DNA of 64,000 bases from Antedon mediterranea (taxonomy: Eukaryota > Animalia > Echinodermata), in assembly GCF_964355755.1 (NCBI RefSeq), contig NC_092672.1, positions 27,658,437 to 27,722,436 on the forward strand. Direction: 5' to 3'. Positions within the stretch are counted from its first letter, which is position 1; each line of letters begins with the position of its first letter. Positions 11,641-23,495 of the stretch are shown here, in pieces. The position numbers were made by a program, and so were the translations under genes. The notes under the pieces were generated by a model. That model saw nothing but the letters and a program-made list of their open reading frames with translations, was not told the DNA's origin and ran no database searches.

Positions 11641-13571
11641 TAAACATGGTAGCACTTTTTCGACGTTGGTATTGCCTTCACACATCCTTGATTTGCGCTA
11701 ACAGGCCTATTACTATTATGGTTAGTTCGTTTTTCGAGTGTCCAATTAAGTATAGGTGTCTGTGAATAGGGATTAGACTTGTCCCAGTTTAGTATTTATA
11801 ATCTTTGTTATGCTAGTCCAGCCATCGGCGTTTCTATTTTAGTCTGGAAATATTTGTATTTGTGAGCTCAAGTATTATACGTATGAAACGCCATAAGTGC
11901 CAAAATATTTATCTTTTTTGCTAATGCATTCGAAATAACCAAGACTAAATAGTAGAGATGTCTCTCTCATGTTGTGACGCTTTTACTAAAAATAGGCCTA
12001 TGGGGAAAATGTCACCCTTTATTATGCTATTATCTCAGTTTTCATATTATTTAAAATATAAATTTTTTAATACAATTATAATAACGTGAGAGTGCCATTT
12101 CCGACCATCTAAGTGTCATATTTTCAAAATCGCCAAAACTCAGTCCCAACCATGGTGGAGGTTGGATTCACTACAATTGCGCCCCTCCCCTTTTCACAAA
12201 ATCCTGGATGATTGTGAAGAAATCGGTATTGTTGAAAGAAACCACTTATCTACAGGCATACCACGTATTAACAGAGTCGTTTATGTTCTGCAAATCAAAA
12301 AACATTTAAGGTATGTTCATTTTGAAACCCGGATTCGATGAGGTAGGTGGAAAACCTCGGTGGCGACTGGAAAAGGGAGCCCAATCACCACACAAGAGCT
12401 GACGAAGTCTTGCTGACAGCTAGAAAAACATGTCTCGAAAAAAAAAAATACTACAAATGCAAAAAGACAACTGTACAAACAAATAATATTGCATCCATAA
12501 ATTTAACCTCATTGACGGAGGTAATAAAGGTCTTACAATCAAGGAAGCATGTTTTGCAAAATAGGATTTAAGAATATGGATCCAGTCCTAGGTTCAACCA
12601 GTACTGTTAGTATTCTCACAGCCAAACATCAAAGGTCTAAGGTTACGAGCCCGAGTTACATAATTGTACAACTCATAATTATTAGTTTCGTCTGTGATGA
12701 TGATTTCCTTAAGACTTTGATCATCCCGCTTTTTCACATGTGTAGGGATACCGCTCACTTTCACTTATACCTAATCTGGTTTACGTCTACAATACGGAAA
12801 TTACTTTTAATGTAAATGTTTGTATTATAAAGCCAAACATTTTACCAAAGTTCTGTCAACCATTGCAATAAACAGGACAATTTACTGTAGTTATATTAAC
12901 AGGAACAAATCAATACTCTAATGGTCCTACTTAAATTCAATATTGGATAACAATAAGTTTAAGATGTACTTCATAAATTCGTGATAAAATAAAGTCAACA
13001 TTTAATATAGACATAATACCTGTGAGAACACTAAACACTTGATTAGAGCAGCCGGGCGTATAACTTTCTAGATTTTGATAATATTGTTCGATTTTGACAA
13101 CGGGATAGTGCCTCTTTAACAATGTATTCAAATTTAGTGTGAATTTGCAACTAGAGCCGTATAAATACACCACGCCCACAGTATAATTTTCAGTAAGAGT
13201 TAGGCTGCCGCCGCATCTACAATCAACAATAACAACAGTTAGGCCTATGTGTTTGACAATGCATCTTTTTGTGTTTGTTCTCTTACGCCCGTATTCTTAA
13301 ACCTTACTTTAGTCGTAGTTCGAAGTTCGACTTGGAAAAGTCGTAGTTCGAGCTATTACTTCAAATTCGATTCAAAAACGATGTAGTCGAAGTTTGCAGT
13401 TCGACTTAATGAAGTCGAGCTTCTAGTCGAGGTTACAACGGCTGGTGCAATACGTCTAGTAAATAACCAATCAGACGATCTCACGAAGGGCGACGACCCT
13501 GGATATGCCCCTGGATTTACTGAAGCGCAAAATATAAACATTCGCCGCGATAGGCCTAGGATATCTTTTTT

Positions 13572-14943
13572 ATGTTTCACCGTGAAATTGAAATGCCGAA
13601 AATTTCCGAATTCGAACGATGTACCTTAGTTGCCCTTGTGGAAAAATACAAGGGTACATTAGAATGCAAAGAAAATAATTTCAGAATGATAGAAAAAAAG
13701 AACGAAGGATGGAGGGCTGTTGAACAAGAATTCAACGACACAGTTGCAGGGTTATCTGAGCATCGGTCGGCAGCTCAGCTGCGAAAATGCTGGGCTAATA
13801 TAAAGGCCAAAGCTAAAAAAGAGGTTGCAGTGGCAAATCGCCAAAAAAAAGCAACAGGCGGAGGTCCACCTCCAGCGGAGCCTTCGGAAGAGGCTATGAA
13901 AATTGCTGAAATTATTCCTCAGCAATTTCATTCACTTGGAAACATTTTTGACAGCGATGGTATGTTATAATTTATACTTGCATGTCCTAACCTAGCTAGG
14001 CTATGGCCTAGTTAGGACCTAGCTTTATTATTAGCCCGGGCGTAATTGTATATATTTTAGCTTACCTAGGTCTAGGCCTACTGCTACAGCAGTACTAGCC
14101 TAGGCCTAGGACAATATAATCAATACTTTAAACTTCATCATTCATCGTCACCAACTATTGTTTAAATAATGTAACTAAACAAAGAAGGATGAATACATGT
14201 TGTATGCAAGATATTTACATTTATTTATGCACCTTATTGTGATGTACATCCAGTCAAGGGTATTTATTCTATATGCCTACATTCACATTCATATATCATC
14301 CATACTGAAGTAAATAACATAAGGAAAAGCCCTGAGTACACCTCCACTTAAAAGTATACAGTACCATGTACTGTAATCGTTCACATTCATATATACACAT
14401 TTAAGTACACTATATAACAGCCATCCCCTGCATTGATAATTTTAGTTGACCTGTACTGTATGCCAAATATTTACATTCTGCATCTTATCACATAAAGCAC
14501 AATGTTTTTGAAAGTTAATTAAGTTCTTTAAAAGCAACATCACGACGAACATTGTTAATAGATTATTAACATTACTTTTCTTTGTTTATATAGGTACAAC
14601 AGTGATAATTCCCGTTGATATAGGTCAACAGAAAATTATAATAGAAGATGGGTCTATGGATGAAGAGATAACTAGCCTAGCTGGTTGCAGTACCATGCCA
14701 CAAATCTCTAAGTTGACGGAACCTGCAAAAAAAAAGAAAAAAAATGATGAAATGATAAGAGATGAGCATGTTGTCAATATGCAATTAGTTGAACAACAAT
14801 TACAGAATGCCAATAATGAGCATGAAAAAAAAATGGAGTTGATGGATAAACAAATGGAGTATGCATTGATCGAGCACAACTTCAAGGTGCAATTATTGAA
14901 ATTAAAATTAAGGAAGGTAGAAGCAAAATTAAATGAATCATAA
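13572..14943 (+). CDS. Harbinger Myb/SANT-like (MSANTD/trihelix) DNA-binding protein, 2 exons (13572 or 13593-13959; 14594-14943), C-terminal coiled coil
   Basis: LVALVEKYK..LE..KKNEGWRAVEQEFN..RSAAQLRKCWANIK..ATGGGP; in-frame splice G|gtatgt...tag|GT. Confidence 0.88.
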
Positions 14944-16081
14944 ATTAGTCAACATACACTACAGTATTGCAATTTATATGTTCTAAATAATAATAATTAA
15001 GTTGTAAATAATAATAAAAACAATATATTGTTAATACTGTACTTTATTTAAAAAATTCTTAAATAATTAATATAATTATAATTACAAAACTAATTGAAAT
15101 CATACTTTTGTGAAATCATATTACATAAGTTGTGTATAAATTTAATTAATTAGTATTTATAATTATTTGCACAAAATCGATATTTTAAAAAACATGTTTT
15201 TGCAACTAGGCCTACCTAGGCCTATTTATAAATATTTAAAGATTTAAAAATAGACTTGAACTAGTCTAGCCTAGGCCTATTCAGTATTTTATGCATCCTT
15301 ATTTATTCTTTAATATTAATATATTTATAGATTATAATATAGGAAAGCAGTTTAGTTGCAATAGAATAAACAAATTCAACCTACACTACCTAGGCCTAGG
15401 CTAGGTTAATTATAATTTTATTAAAGTGTATTGTATTTATAAGTAGGGTTAGTCCTACTATTCTATTTTGTATGTTATTAATAATTATTAGTATAGTAGG
15501 CTAGTTGGCCCATATAGCCTCTACTAGTAGGCCCTCCTAGTAGTATGTTATGTTATTAATTAATTATTCATTAGTAGTAACTAGGCTAGGTAGTCTGTAG
15601 TAGGCTAGTACTCTAGCTATTGTGCTTTATTTACAGGCCGAACATTTTAACCTCAATAGAGGCTAGTACACCTCTCTGAGAATATCTACTACTAGGCCTA
15701 GACGTAGTCCGGACCTAAGCTATGCATATATCTATCCAGAGTAGTAGAAGGCCTTTTGAGGTAGTGTGATGCCTAGGTAGGCTAGGCCTCTAGTTAGCAT
15801 GCTAGCTCTCATGACATGCAAACTGCCTCTTTTGATTACTGGTAACGTTATAATTGTTTTACTGTACTTACACATAAGAATATGATACTACAGTATAATC
15901 TATCCAAAATTTAACTTTTCACGTTGTTCATATCAAAATGTATTGCTATTAAATTACACAATGTACAGAGGAGAGTAACATGCATGTGTGCTTCGTTCGT
16001 CGTCGACTCCAACACAAGCATGATGATGGAAGAGGGAAATTATGTTACAATGTTTATGACGTACCTTGATGACGGGTGTCC

Positions 16082-17122
16082 TTATGTAAAATATTGGTCG
16101 ATTATAGCTTGTCTGTAGACTCTACCAGCTAATGCATCCTCTACATTTTCATCACCATTAACTTCTTCATCGATTTCAATATCTACATCATCCCGTATAA
16201 ATTCTACATTTCTTATAATGGTGATGTTGTGTAGGCAAGCTACAGCAACTATGGTTGTTAGGGTTGTTTCAAGCTTTAAGCGTAAATAATTTAAACAATT
16301 GAATTTACGCTTCCAGTTCCCAAACAACCGCTCAACTGAATTCCTGGTTCTAATTTGGGACCGGTTGTACCTCTGTTGAGGCCTCCTATCAGGATTGATA
16401 ACTGGTGTCAGGAGGTACCTCTTGCACCCATAACCAGAATCTCCAAGTAGCACACCGTTGTGTACTCGACGTTCAAATTCTTCGCAAATTAAACTATTTT
16501 CAAAAATACGAGAGTCGTGCACGGACCCTTGCCATCTAGCCACAATGTCTCTAATCATTAGACGATGGTCACCTATAACTTGGACATTTATAGAAAAATA
16601 TCCCTTTCTGTTCCGAAATAGTTCGGCTTCCTGTCCACCTGGACAAGGTATCCGTACGTGCGTGCAGTCGATACATCCGATTACATTAGGGAAACCAGCA
16701 ATCGCCCTAAATCCTTGTTGAACGATATCTCTGCCATCACCCGTTGGAAACACAATCCACCTTCTATTCTCCTGTGCTAAAGCTCGAGAAACTTTTGCGA
16801 TTATTCTGGAAAGGGTAGGTTGCGATATGTTTTTTGCATCCCCGTGCATTAACTGAAATGTTCCAGTAGCAAAATAGCGTAGGGCTACGCAAACCTCTAA
16901 CAACGGTGGTATTGTTGGGTGACCACCACCTCCTCTTGTATCCTTACGTAAATCAAGAATTCCTAACAATTCAACAATAATCTCTTTAGAAACCCGATAC
17001 CTTTGGACGAATTGGGAATCGTCATAATCAAATAGGGGGTTTGAACGATCTCTTATTACTTCAATTTCACGATAATTTAAGCGATCATATCGCTGAACAC
17101 GGGCGTTGAATTGCCTCGCCAT
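16082..17122 (-). CDS. Harbinger (HARBI1-like, DDE_Tnp_4) transposase, 346 aa, intact
   Basis: ALRYFATG, GCIDCTHV, NRKGYFSINVQ, GSVHDSRIF, LLGDSGY, RNSVERLFG, ACLHN motifs. Confidence 0.95.
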   Translation of the reverse strand: MARQFNARVQRYDRLNYREIEVIRDRSNPLFDYDDSQFVQRYRVSKEIIVELLGILDLRKDTRGGGGHPTIPPLLEVCVALRYFATGTFQLMHGDAKNISQPTLSRIIAKVSRALAQENRRWIVFPTGDGRDIVQQGFRAIAGFPNVIGCIDCTHVRIPCPGGQEAELFRNRKGYFSINVQVIGDHRLMIRDIVARWQGSVHDSRIFENSLICEEFERRVHNGVLLGDSGYGCKRYLLTPVINPDRRPQQRYNRSQIRTRNSVERLFGNWKRKFNCLNYLRLKLETTLTTIVAVACLHNITIIRNVEFIRDDVDIEIDEEVNGDENVEDALAGRVYRQAIIDQYFT

Positions 17123-17577
17123 GGTTATTAAAAATGGCGGATCAAAATAAAGTCCAACTTAACCAAGTTAAGTCGGACTTCAACATTACAAAAAAAGCCA
17201 TTTATGACACGGTGTTAAAAAACCCCAATTTGCATTATCAAAATAAATATAAAATAATATTGTAATGAGCTAATAAAAAACTAGACATTTCATAATTCAA
17301 AATGCAACAAAAGTGATACGTTTATTCACGACACCTTTTTTATAAACATCGTTTAAAAACCATTTAGTCGACCATTTAGTCTGCCCCATCCAGGACTAAA
17401 AAAATCGATCAAAATCCGTCTCGATTTAGTCGAGGTTGGCCTGAATTAGTCGGCGATTTAGTTGTAGTTCGGTTTATGAATTAAAATGACGTCATTTTTA
17501 AAGTTTTAGCTCGAACTACGACTAAAATCCGGTTTAAGAATACGGGCGTTAGTCAGTTTGGAACAATAACTTGTATA

Positions 17578-18279
17578 TGGCCTTGTCTTGATATCAGTTT
17601 CATCTATCTAAGTCAATGTTTTACAGTATATTCCTTATGGCCAGGAATAGATGTGGTTATGTTTTCACGGTGCGCAATCAAAAATTACGCGGTCTACGCA
17701 CGATTTAACGAAATCACGTTTGTAATCATATCTTCACATGCATATATCACGATTAAATAAAATTTGGTACTAATAAATTTCAGGTCATATTTCATCATAT
17801 GACAATACAATTACGTGCGTAGCGCATATAACACATGCGTTCGCGCGCTTAAAATTGTCAAAATTTATTTTCGACGAAATTAGAGTACGTTTCAGGCAAT
17901 TTTAAGCGTTTACAAAATTGCCATGAGTGCGCAGATTTTTTGCACGCGCATTGCGCGTTAAACCTTAATATCCACTCTTTTTTTCTGATTTCTGTTTTAC
18001 AACATTTCTTTAATAATATCATCAAGAATATCCATGTAGGGTTTCTCTTTTTAGCTCTTGGTTTTCTCCTCTTGCCACCTTTTCTGATAATCTATAAGAG
18101 TTCCTTTTCATCTAACACCTCATTTAAAGCAATTGCAGCATCCACTGTAGTATTTTTACTCTGATCTACAGCTCACTATGTCGGTCGGTTGGTCGGATGG
18201 TTGGTCGGTCGGTTGGTCGGTCGGTAAACACTAAGTAAAATTTGAACCTGCGACTGCAGCCATGTATATGACCTTGTTT
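17578..18279 (+). mobile_element. Fragments of the AGTCGCGTG Helentron/DINE-like family
   Basis: 17580-17960 matches 53150-53530; (gtcg)n microsatellite and tail ...atgaccttgtt at 18175-18279. Confidence 0.6.
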
Positions 18280-18404
18280 TTGTACTAATTGGGATATGGA
18301 AGACACTAACATTGTCTGTAGACAACTTGATTATGAAGGAAGTGTGTATACTAAAGAGTCAGGCAGTCGAACAACGGGACTTGGTGATACCTTTTCAAGG
18401 TTAA

Positions 18405-19322
18405 CGCCCGTATTCTTAAACCGGACTTTAGTCATAGTTCGAAGTTCGACTTGAAAAAGTCGTAGTTCGAGCTATTACTTCAAATTCGATTCAAAAACGA
18501 AGTAGTCGAAGTTTGCAGTTCGACTTAATGAAGTCGAGCTTCTAGTCGAGTTGCACACGTCTGGGTAACAAAGGCTAAATATTGGCCAATGACAAGAGAG
18601 TATTTGAGGAACAGACGAAATTTTGCGCATTGATATCACTTTCCATTTTCTTAAAAAACCTTTTACGATATAAATGAAAAATAATTTTAATCGTTAATTA
18701 TTAGAACAAGATCAGTATTAATTTAACAGTCAAGTACTTTTGATTAACAACAAACAAAATCTTCAAAATATATTTAGGAACCATGGCGGTACGGTAACTT
18801 TCATATTTTCTAGGCCTCCAACAAAGTATGATCGCGACGAACCACGCACTTCATAGCGTGACAAGAAAGCGCTAGGCCCCCTAAACATTCCATCGCGTGG
18901 TGAATTGCCGCATCTCCCATTGTCGCTATGGCGTGACGTAGTTTAAGACGGACTTGCGCGAAGAAAATAATGTAATTTGTATACAGTTGTAAATAAAGAT
19001 GATTTTCATTATTATAACTTATACCAATGTATATTTAATTAAGCTAATATAAATATAGATATTTCATTCTTCAATATCTGGCCAATATAACCACCCAATG
19101 ACTGTTACGTTTTTAATAAACATCGTTTAAAAACCATTTAGTCGACCATTTAGCCTGCCCCCTCCAGGACTATAAAAATTGATCAAAATCCGTCTTGATT
19201 TAGTCGAGGTTGGCCTGATTTAGTCGTTGATTTAGTTGAAGTTCGGTTTATGAATTAAAATGACGTCATTTTTTTAGTTTTAGCTCGAACTACGACTAAA
19301 GTCCGGTTTAAGAATACGGGCA
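18405..19322. mobile_element. Non-autonomous derivative (MITE) of the adjacent Harbinger
   Basis: Shares about 150 bp of 5' end and about 220 bp of 3' end with 13286-17548; unrelated interior; left flank TAA, right end degenerate. Confidence 0.88.
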
Positions 19323-20128
19323 ATAGTAACGGCTACGGATACTATTGCCAAGGAACTGAAACACATCTTTAAAATTGTTCTGAAAGATACCAGGGGTACT
19401 CTTCTTGTGATTATGTTTTAATTACCTGTTCAAGAAAGTTAATTTGCTGTTTTTTGTGTTATTTGTAATGAACAATAACTTTCAATTGTCAGAGTTGACA
19501 GAGGACAATTGAAGCCTACTTTACAACGCATACACACCTATCCAAGGTGGCAAATGCACAAAAGAAATGTTATTTAATTAACTTTACGTAAGTGCTGCAT
19601 AGGCAGGGTAGATAGAAAAAATCAAAATCAAACAAATTTAAAACTGCTTCAATATAAATTTATTAATACGACATGCTTCGGGAATAGCCCATCATCAGGT
19701 GAAAAGAATTGTAAGAAAGGATAACTTGCATAAAAACAATCACTGTTGATTGAACGAGTTGTACTGTGCATCAGTCTCGTGTCTAAATAAAGTCACAAAA
19801 TTACATATAAAACAAATCGGCTAATCAAAGATGTTAACATACAGAAGGAATAGTTATAAAAACACTCCAAAGCTATAGGGTACACTATAGAAATATTTTC
19901 TTATTATAAAGCAGAAAACTTAACATAAACTTCAAGTGTGAATAATTGTTAACAAATGAATGTCCTTATTCATAGGATGCTAAGTGAGAACTAAATGTAC
20001 AGTATGCGGTCACAAGTATTTATTTTATGTGTAGATTGTAATTTGTTCTCGTCCGTTAACTGGCAAACTTTTCTTATAGACTTCAAGGTATCAGATGACT
20101 ATTCGAATGTATTAAAAAAAATCATATT

Positions 20129-20560
20129 CAGGAGCGGATCTAGGATTTTGATAAAAAGGGGACCGATATGGGAAAATAATCGTCTAGGTTTTTTTTTTTC
20201 TAAACGCCCGGAGACAGCATCTGAGGCGTTTTGACCGGTCGATTCTTGTTATATAATTATCTGAATAGGCCTATAGTGGGTTTTATAGACCATATTTAAT
20301 ATTCGAAACTGTTTTTTTTTGCGCCAATAGCCTAAAGCCTGTTTTTTTCTGTCGTTGAAACGTTACGGCTAGTTGCGTTAAGTTGCGTTGAACTTTCACA
20401 TCGTTAAAGTTGAAGATAAATAACGATGATCGAGTCAGACCGCGAATATTTACACAATTTTACATGATCGTTCATTACATAGTTTCTTGTATCTCTCGAG
20501 CGTTGCTGGATGGGACACGCGGAAGTATTACAAAAGCAATGCCGGCCACGCGCAGCCGGC
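20129..20560 (+). mobile_element. Left arm of CAGGGGCGGA-family element (copy of 24225-24540)
   Basis: caggagcggatctaggattttgataaaaaggggaccgatatggg... aligns with 24225 onward. Confidence 0.6.
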
Positions 20561-21125
20561 CGGGCCGCGATTTTTGTTTTCGTACATAAGTTGGGGACCC
20601 CTCATGAAACGTCACAAAATAAACATGAATAATTCATCAGTTAAATTTATTGTTTCCGTGTGCACCCAAGCGTATAGCAACAAGAAGTGATTACACGCAC
20701 AACTAAACTGCGATACGATTCTTTTTACAGTAGGCCTAGGATTCTAGGTCAATTCACGTGATTGCCTTCGCGCACTCTTCTTCACACACACCACTATGCA
20801 AAATGTGTCGAGGCTAATCGACAGCTAGGCAAGACATTAAACTAAGTAGTAATTGGACATAGCCCAAAGAAAGCTTAGACCCACAAGAATAAAAAATGTG
20901 TATAATTTGTGTAGGCCTACTGTAATTTTTTAATTCTGCTATTTTATTATCAAACAATATGCATGTACTCAAAGGAACTTTAAAAATGCGCGTATATGAA
21001 CACATGAGATGGGAAGATTAGACCCACGAGAATAAAAAATGTATTTTTGTGTAATGTTTATTGTTTAATTTTGATGACTTATTACTCGGACTGTGTCATA
21101 ACTAACACACACACCTCACACACAC

Positions 21126-21143
21126 CATGGAGTAAACTCCATG
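21126..21143. mobile_element. Probable P-element excision footprint (18 bp)
   Basis: CATGGAGTAAACTCCATG flanked by CACACAC twice; absent from paralogous copies. Confidence 0.55.
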
Positions 21144-21949
21144 CACACACCCACACTACTAGAATAGAAATGGGTTTAGAGACTAATAATTAGGCCTAAT
21201 AGTATTAATAGAAACTATAGTTTTAACACGTAATTCTTTAGTAATAAATTATATTAAAAACACCATAAACTAAAGGCTGATTATTTCGACAATCCACACA
21301 AAACGTCGCTATTCTTTTATGAAATCCCACGCGGCAAACACAGCGGAGATTAGGCCTAGAATCGTACCGCACTTGTGTAATCACTTCTTGTTGCTATACG
21401 CTTGGGTGCACACGGAACAAGAAAATTTAACCGTGTGCACCCAAGCGTATAGCAACACGAAGTGTGATTACACGACACAACTGCGATACGATTCTAGGCC
21501 TATCTCCGCTGTGGTTGCGGCGTGCGATTTCATAAAAGAATAGTGGCGTTTTGTGTGGATTGTCAAAATAATCAGCCTATAGTTTATGATAGTGTTTTTA
21601 ATATAATGTATTACTAAAGAATTACGTGTTAAAATTATAGTTTCTATTAATACTATTAAGCCTAATTATTAGTCTCTAAAGCCCATGTCTATTCTAGTAG
21701 TCTGTGTGGGTGTGACGTAGTGTGTGTTACTGTTAGCTATGACACAGTCCGAGTAATAAGTGATCAGCAAAATTAAACAATTACATTATACAAAAATACA
21801 TTTTTTATTCTCGTGGTTCTAATCTTTCCATCTCATGTGTTCATAATTCAACGCGCATTTTTAAAGTTCCTTTGAGTACATGCATATTGTTTGATAATAA
21901 AATAGCAGAATTAAAAAATTACGGTACACAAATTATACACATTCTTCTA

Positions 21950-23023
21950 GGGTATTGCTAAACTGCGCAAACTGCGCAAACACTGCGCAAACAACAAAAA
22001 AAGCTGCGCAAACCTCTTTCAAAACAATTATTATTGATTAGAACACAACTAGAACTATATAGGGAGTCAATTTATGAGAAAAAAAAATTTGAAATTCCTT
22101 TAAATTTGCCTTTTTTTGGGTAAAAAACTTCAATTTTTGGAAAAATTACTGATTTCACAGCGCAAACAACAACAAAAAGCTGTGCAAACCTCCTTCAAAC
22201 CAATTAATATTTATTAGAACACAACTAGAACTATATAGGGAGACAATTTATGGTAAAACAAATTTGAAATTCCTTTAAGTTTGCCTTTTTTTTGGGTGAA
22301 AAACTTCAATTTTTGGGAAAATTACTGATTTCACTGTGCAAACAACAAAAAAAGCTGCGCAAACCTCCTTCAAAACAATTAATATTGATAGAACACAACT
22401 AGAACTATATAGGGAGACAATTTATGGTAAAAAAAAATTGAAATTCCTTTAAGTTTGCCTTTTTTTGGGTGAAAAACTTCAATTTTTGGGAAAATTACTG
22501 ATTTCACAGCGCAAACAACAAAAAAAGCTGCGCTCAAACCTCCTTTAAATCAATTAATATTGATTAAAACACAACTAGAACTATATAGGGAGACAATTTA
22601 TGGGGGAAAAATTTGAAATTTGCGCAGGTTTTTTTGTTGTTTGCGCTGTGAAATCAGTAATTTTCTAAAAAATTGAAGTTTTAACCAAAAAAAAGGAAAA
22701 CATAAAGGAATTTCAAATTTTGTCCCCATAAATTGTCTCCACATAGTTCTAGTTGTGTTCTAATAAATATTAATTGGTTTGAAGGAGGTTTGCGCAGCTT
22801 TTTTTGTTGTTTGCGCTGTGAAATCAGTAATTTTCCCAAAAATTGAAGTTTTTCACCCAAAAAATGGCAAACTTAAAGAAATTTCAAATTTTTTTTCTCA
22901 TAAATTGTCTCCCTATATAGTTCTAGTTGTGTTCTAATCAATAATAATTGTTTTGAAGGAGGTTTGCGCAGCTTTTTGTTGTTTGCGCAGTGTTTGCGCA
23001 GTTTGCGCAGTTTAGCAATACCC
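21950..23023. mobile_element. Mutator/MULE-type foldback element
   Basis: GGGTATTGCTAAACTGCGCAAAC...GTTTGCGCAGTTTAGCAATACCC; long arms of ~180-bp subrepeats; perfect 9-bp TSD ATTCTTCTA. Confidence 0.85.
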
Positions 23024-23465
23024 ATTCTTCTATGGCCTATGTCTAATTACTACTTAGTTGAATGTCTTGCCTAGCTGTCGAATAGCCTCGACACATTTTG
23101 CATAGGTTGGTGTTTGTGTGAAGAAGAGTGCGCGAAGGCAATCACATGAATTGACTTAGAATCCTAGGCCTAGAAAGAATCGTATCGCAGTTGTAATCAC
23201 TTGTTGCTATACGCTTGGGTACACACGGAACCAAAAATTTAACTGATGAATTATTCATGTTTATTTTGTGACGTTTCATGAGGGGGTCCCCAACTTATGT
23301 ACGAAAAAAAAAATCGCAGCCCGGCCGCATTTTTTATTTTCGTAAGTTGTTCCGTGTGCACCCAAGCGTATAGCAACAAGTGATTATTACAACTGCGATA
23401 CGATTCTTCCTAGGCCTATGATTCACGTGATTGCCTTGGCGTACTCTTCACACACACACTACCAC

Positions 23466-23495
23466 CATGGAACTATAATATATTATAGTTCCATG
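23466..23495. mobile_element. Probable P-element excision footprint (30 bp)
   Basis: CATGGAACTATAATATATTATAGTTCCATG flanked by 7-bp CTACCAC twice; absent from the paralog near 20790. Confidence 0.65.

Larger units (their letters stand above)
13286..17548. mobile_element. Full-length PIF/Harbinger DNA transposon
   Basis: TIR CGCCCGTATTCTTAAACC..TTTAGTCGTAGTTCGA at both ends; TTA TSD (13283-85, 17549-51); encodes a DDE transposase and a Myb/SANT protein convergently. Confidence 0.93.

Noticed and set aside
10359-13285. Further Tie TM/kinase exons
   Set aside because: No hydrophobic TM exon or kinase motifs found by eye; very small exons could be missed.
13572-17122. Domesticated HARBI1/NAIF1 host genes
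   Set aside because: Flanked by TIRs and a TTA TSD with a sister MITE, so a transposon.
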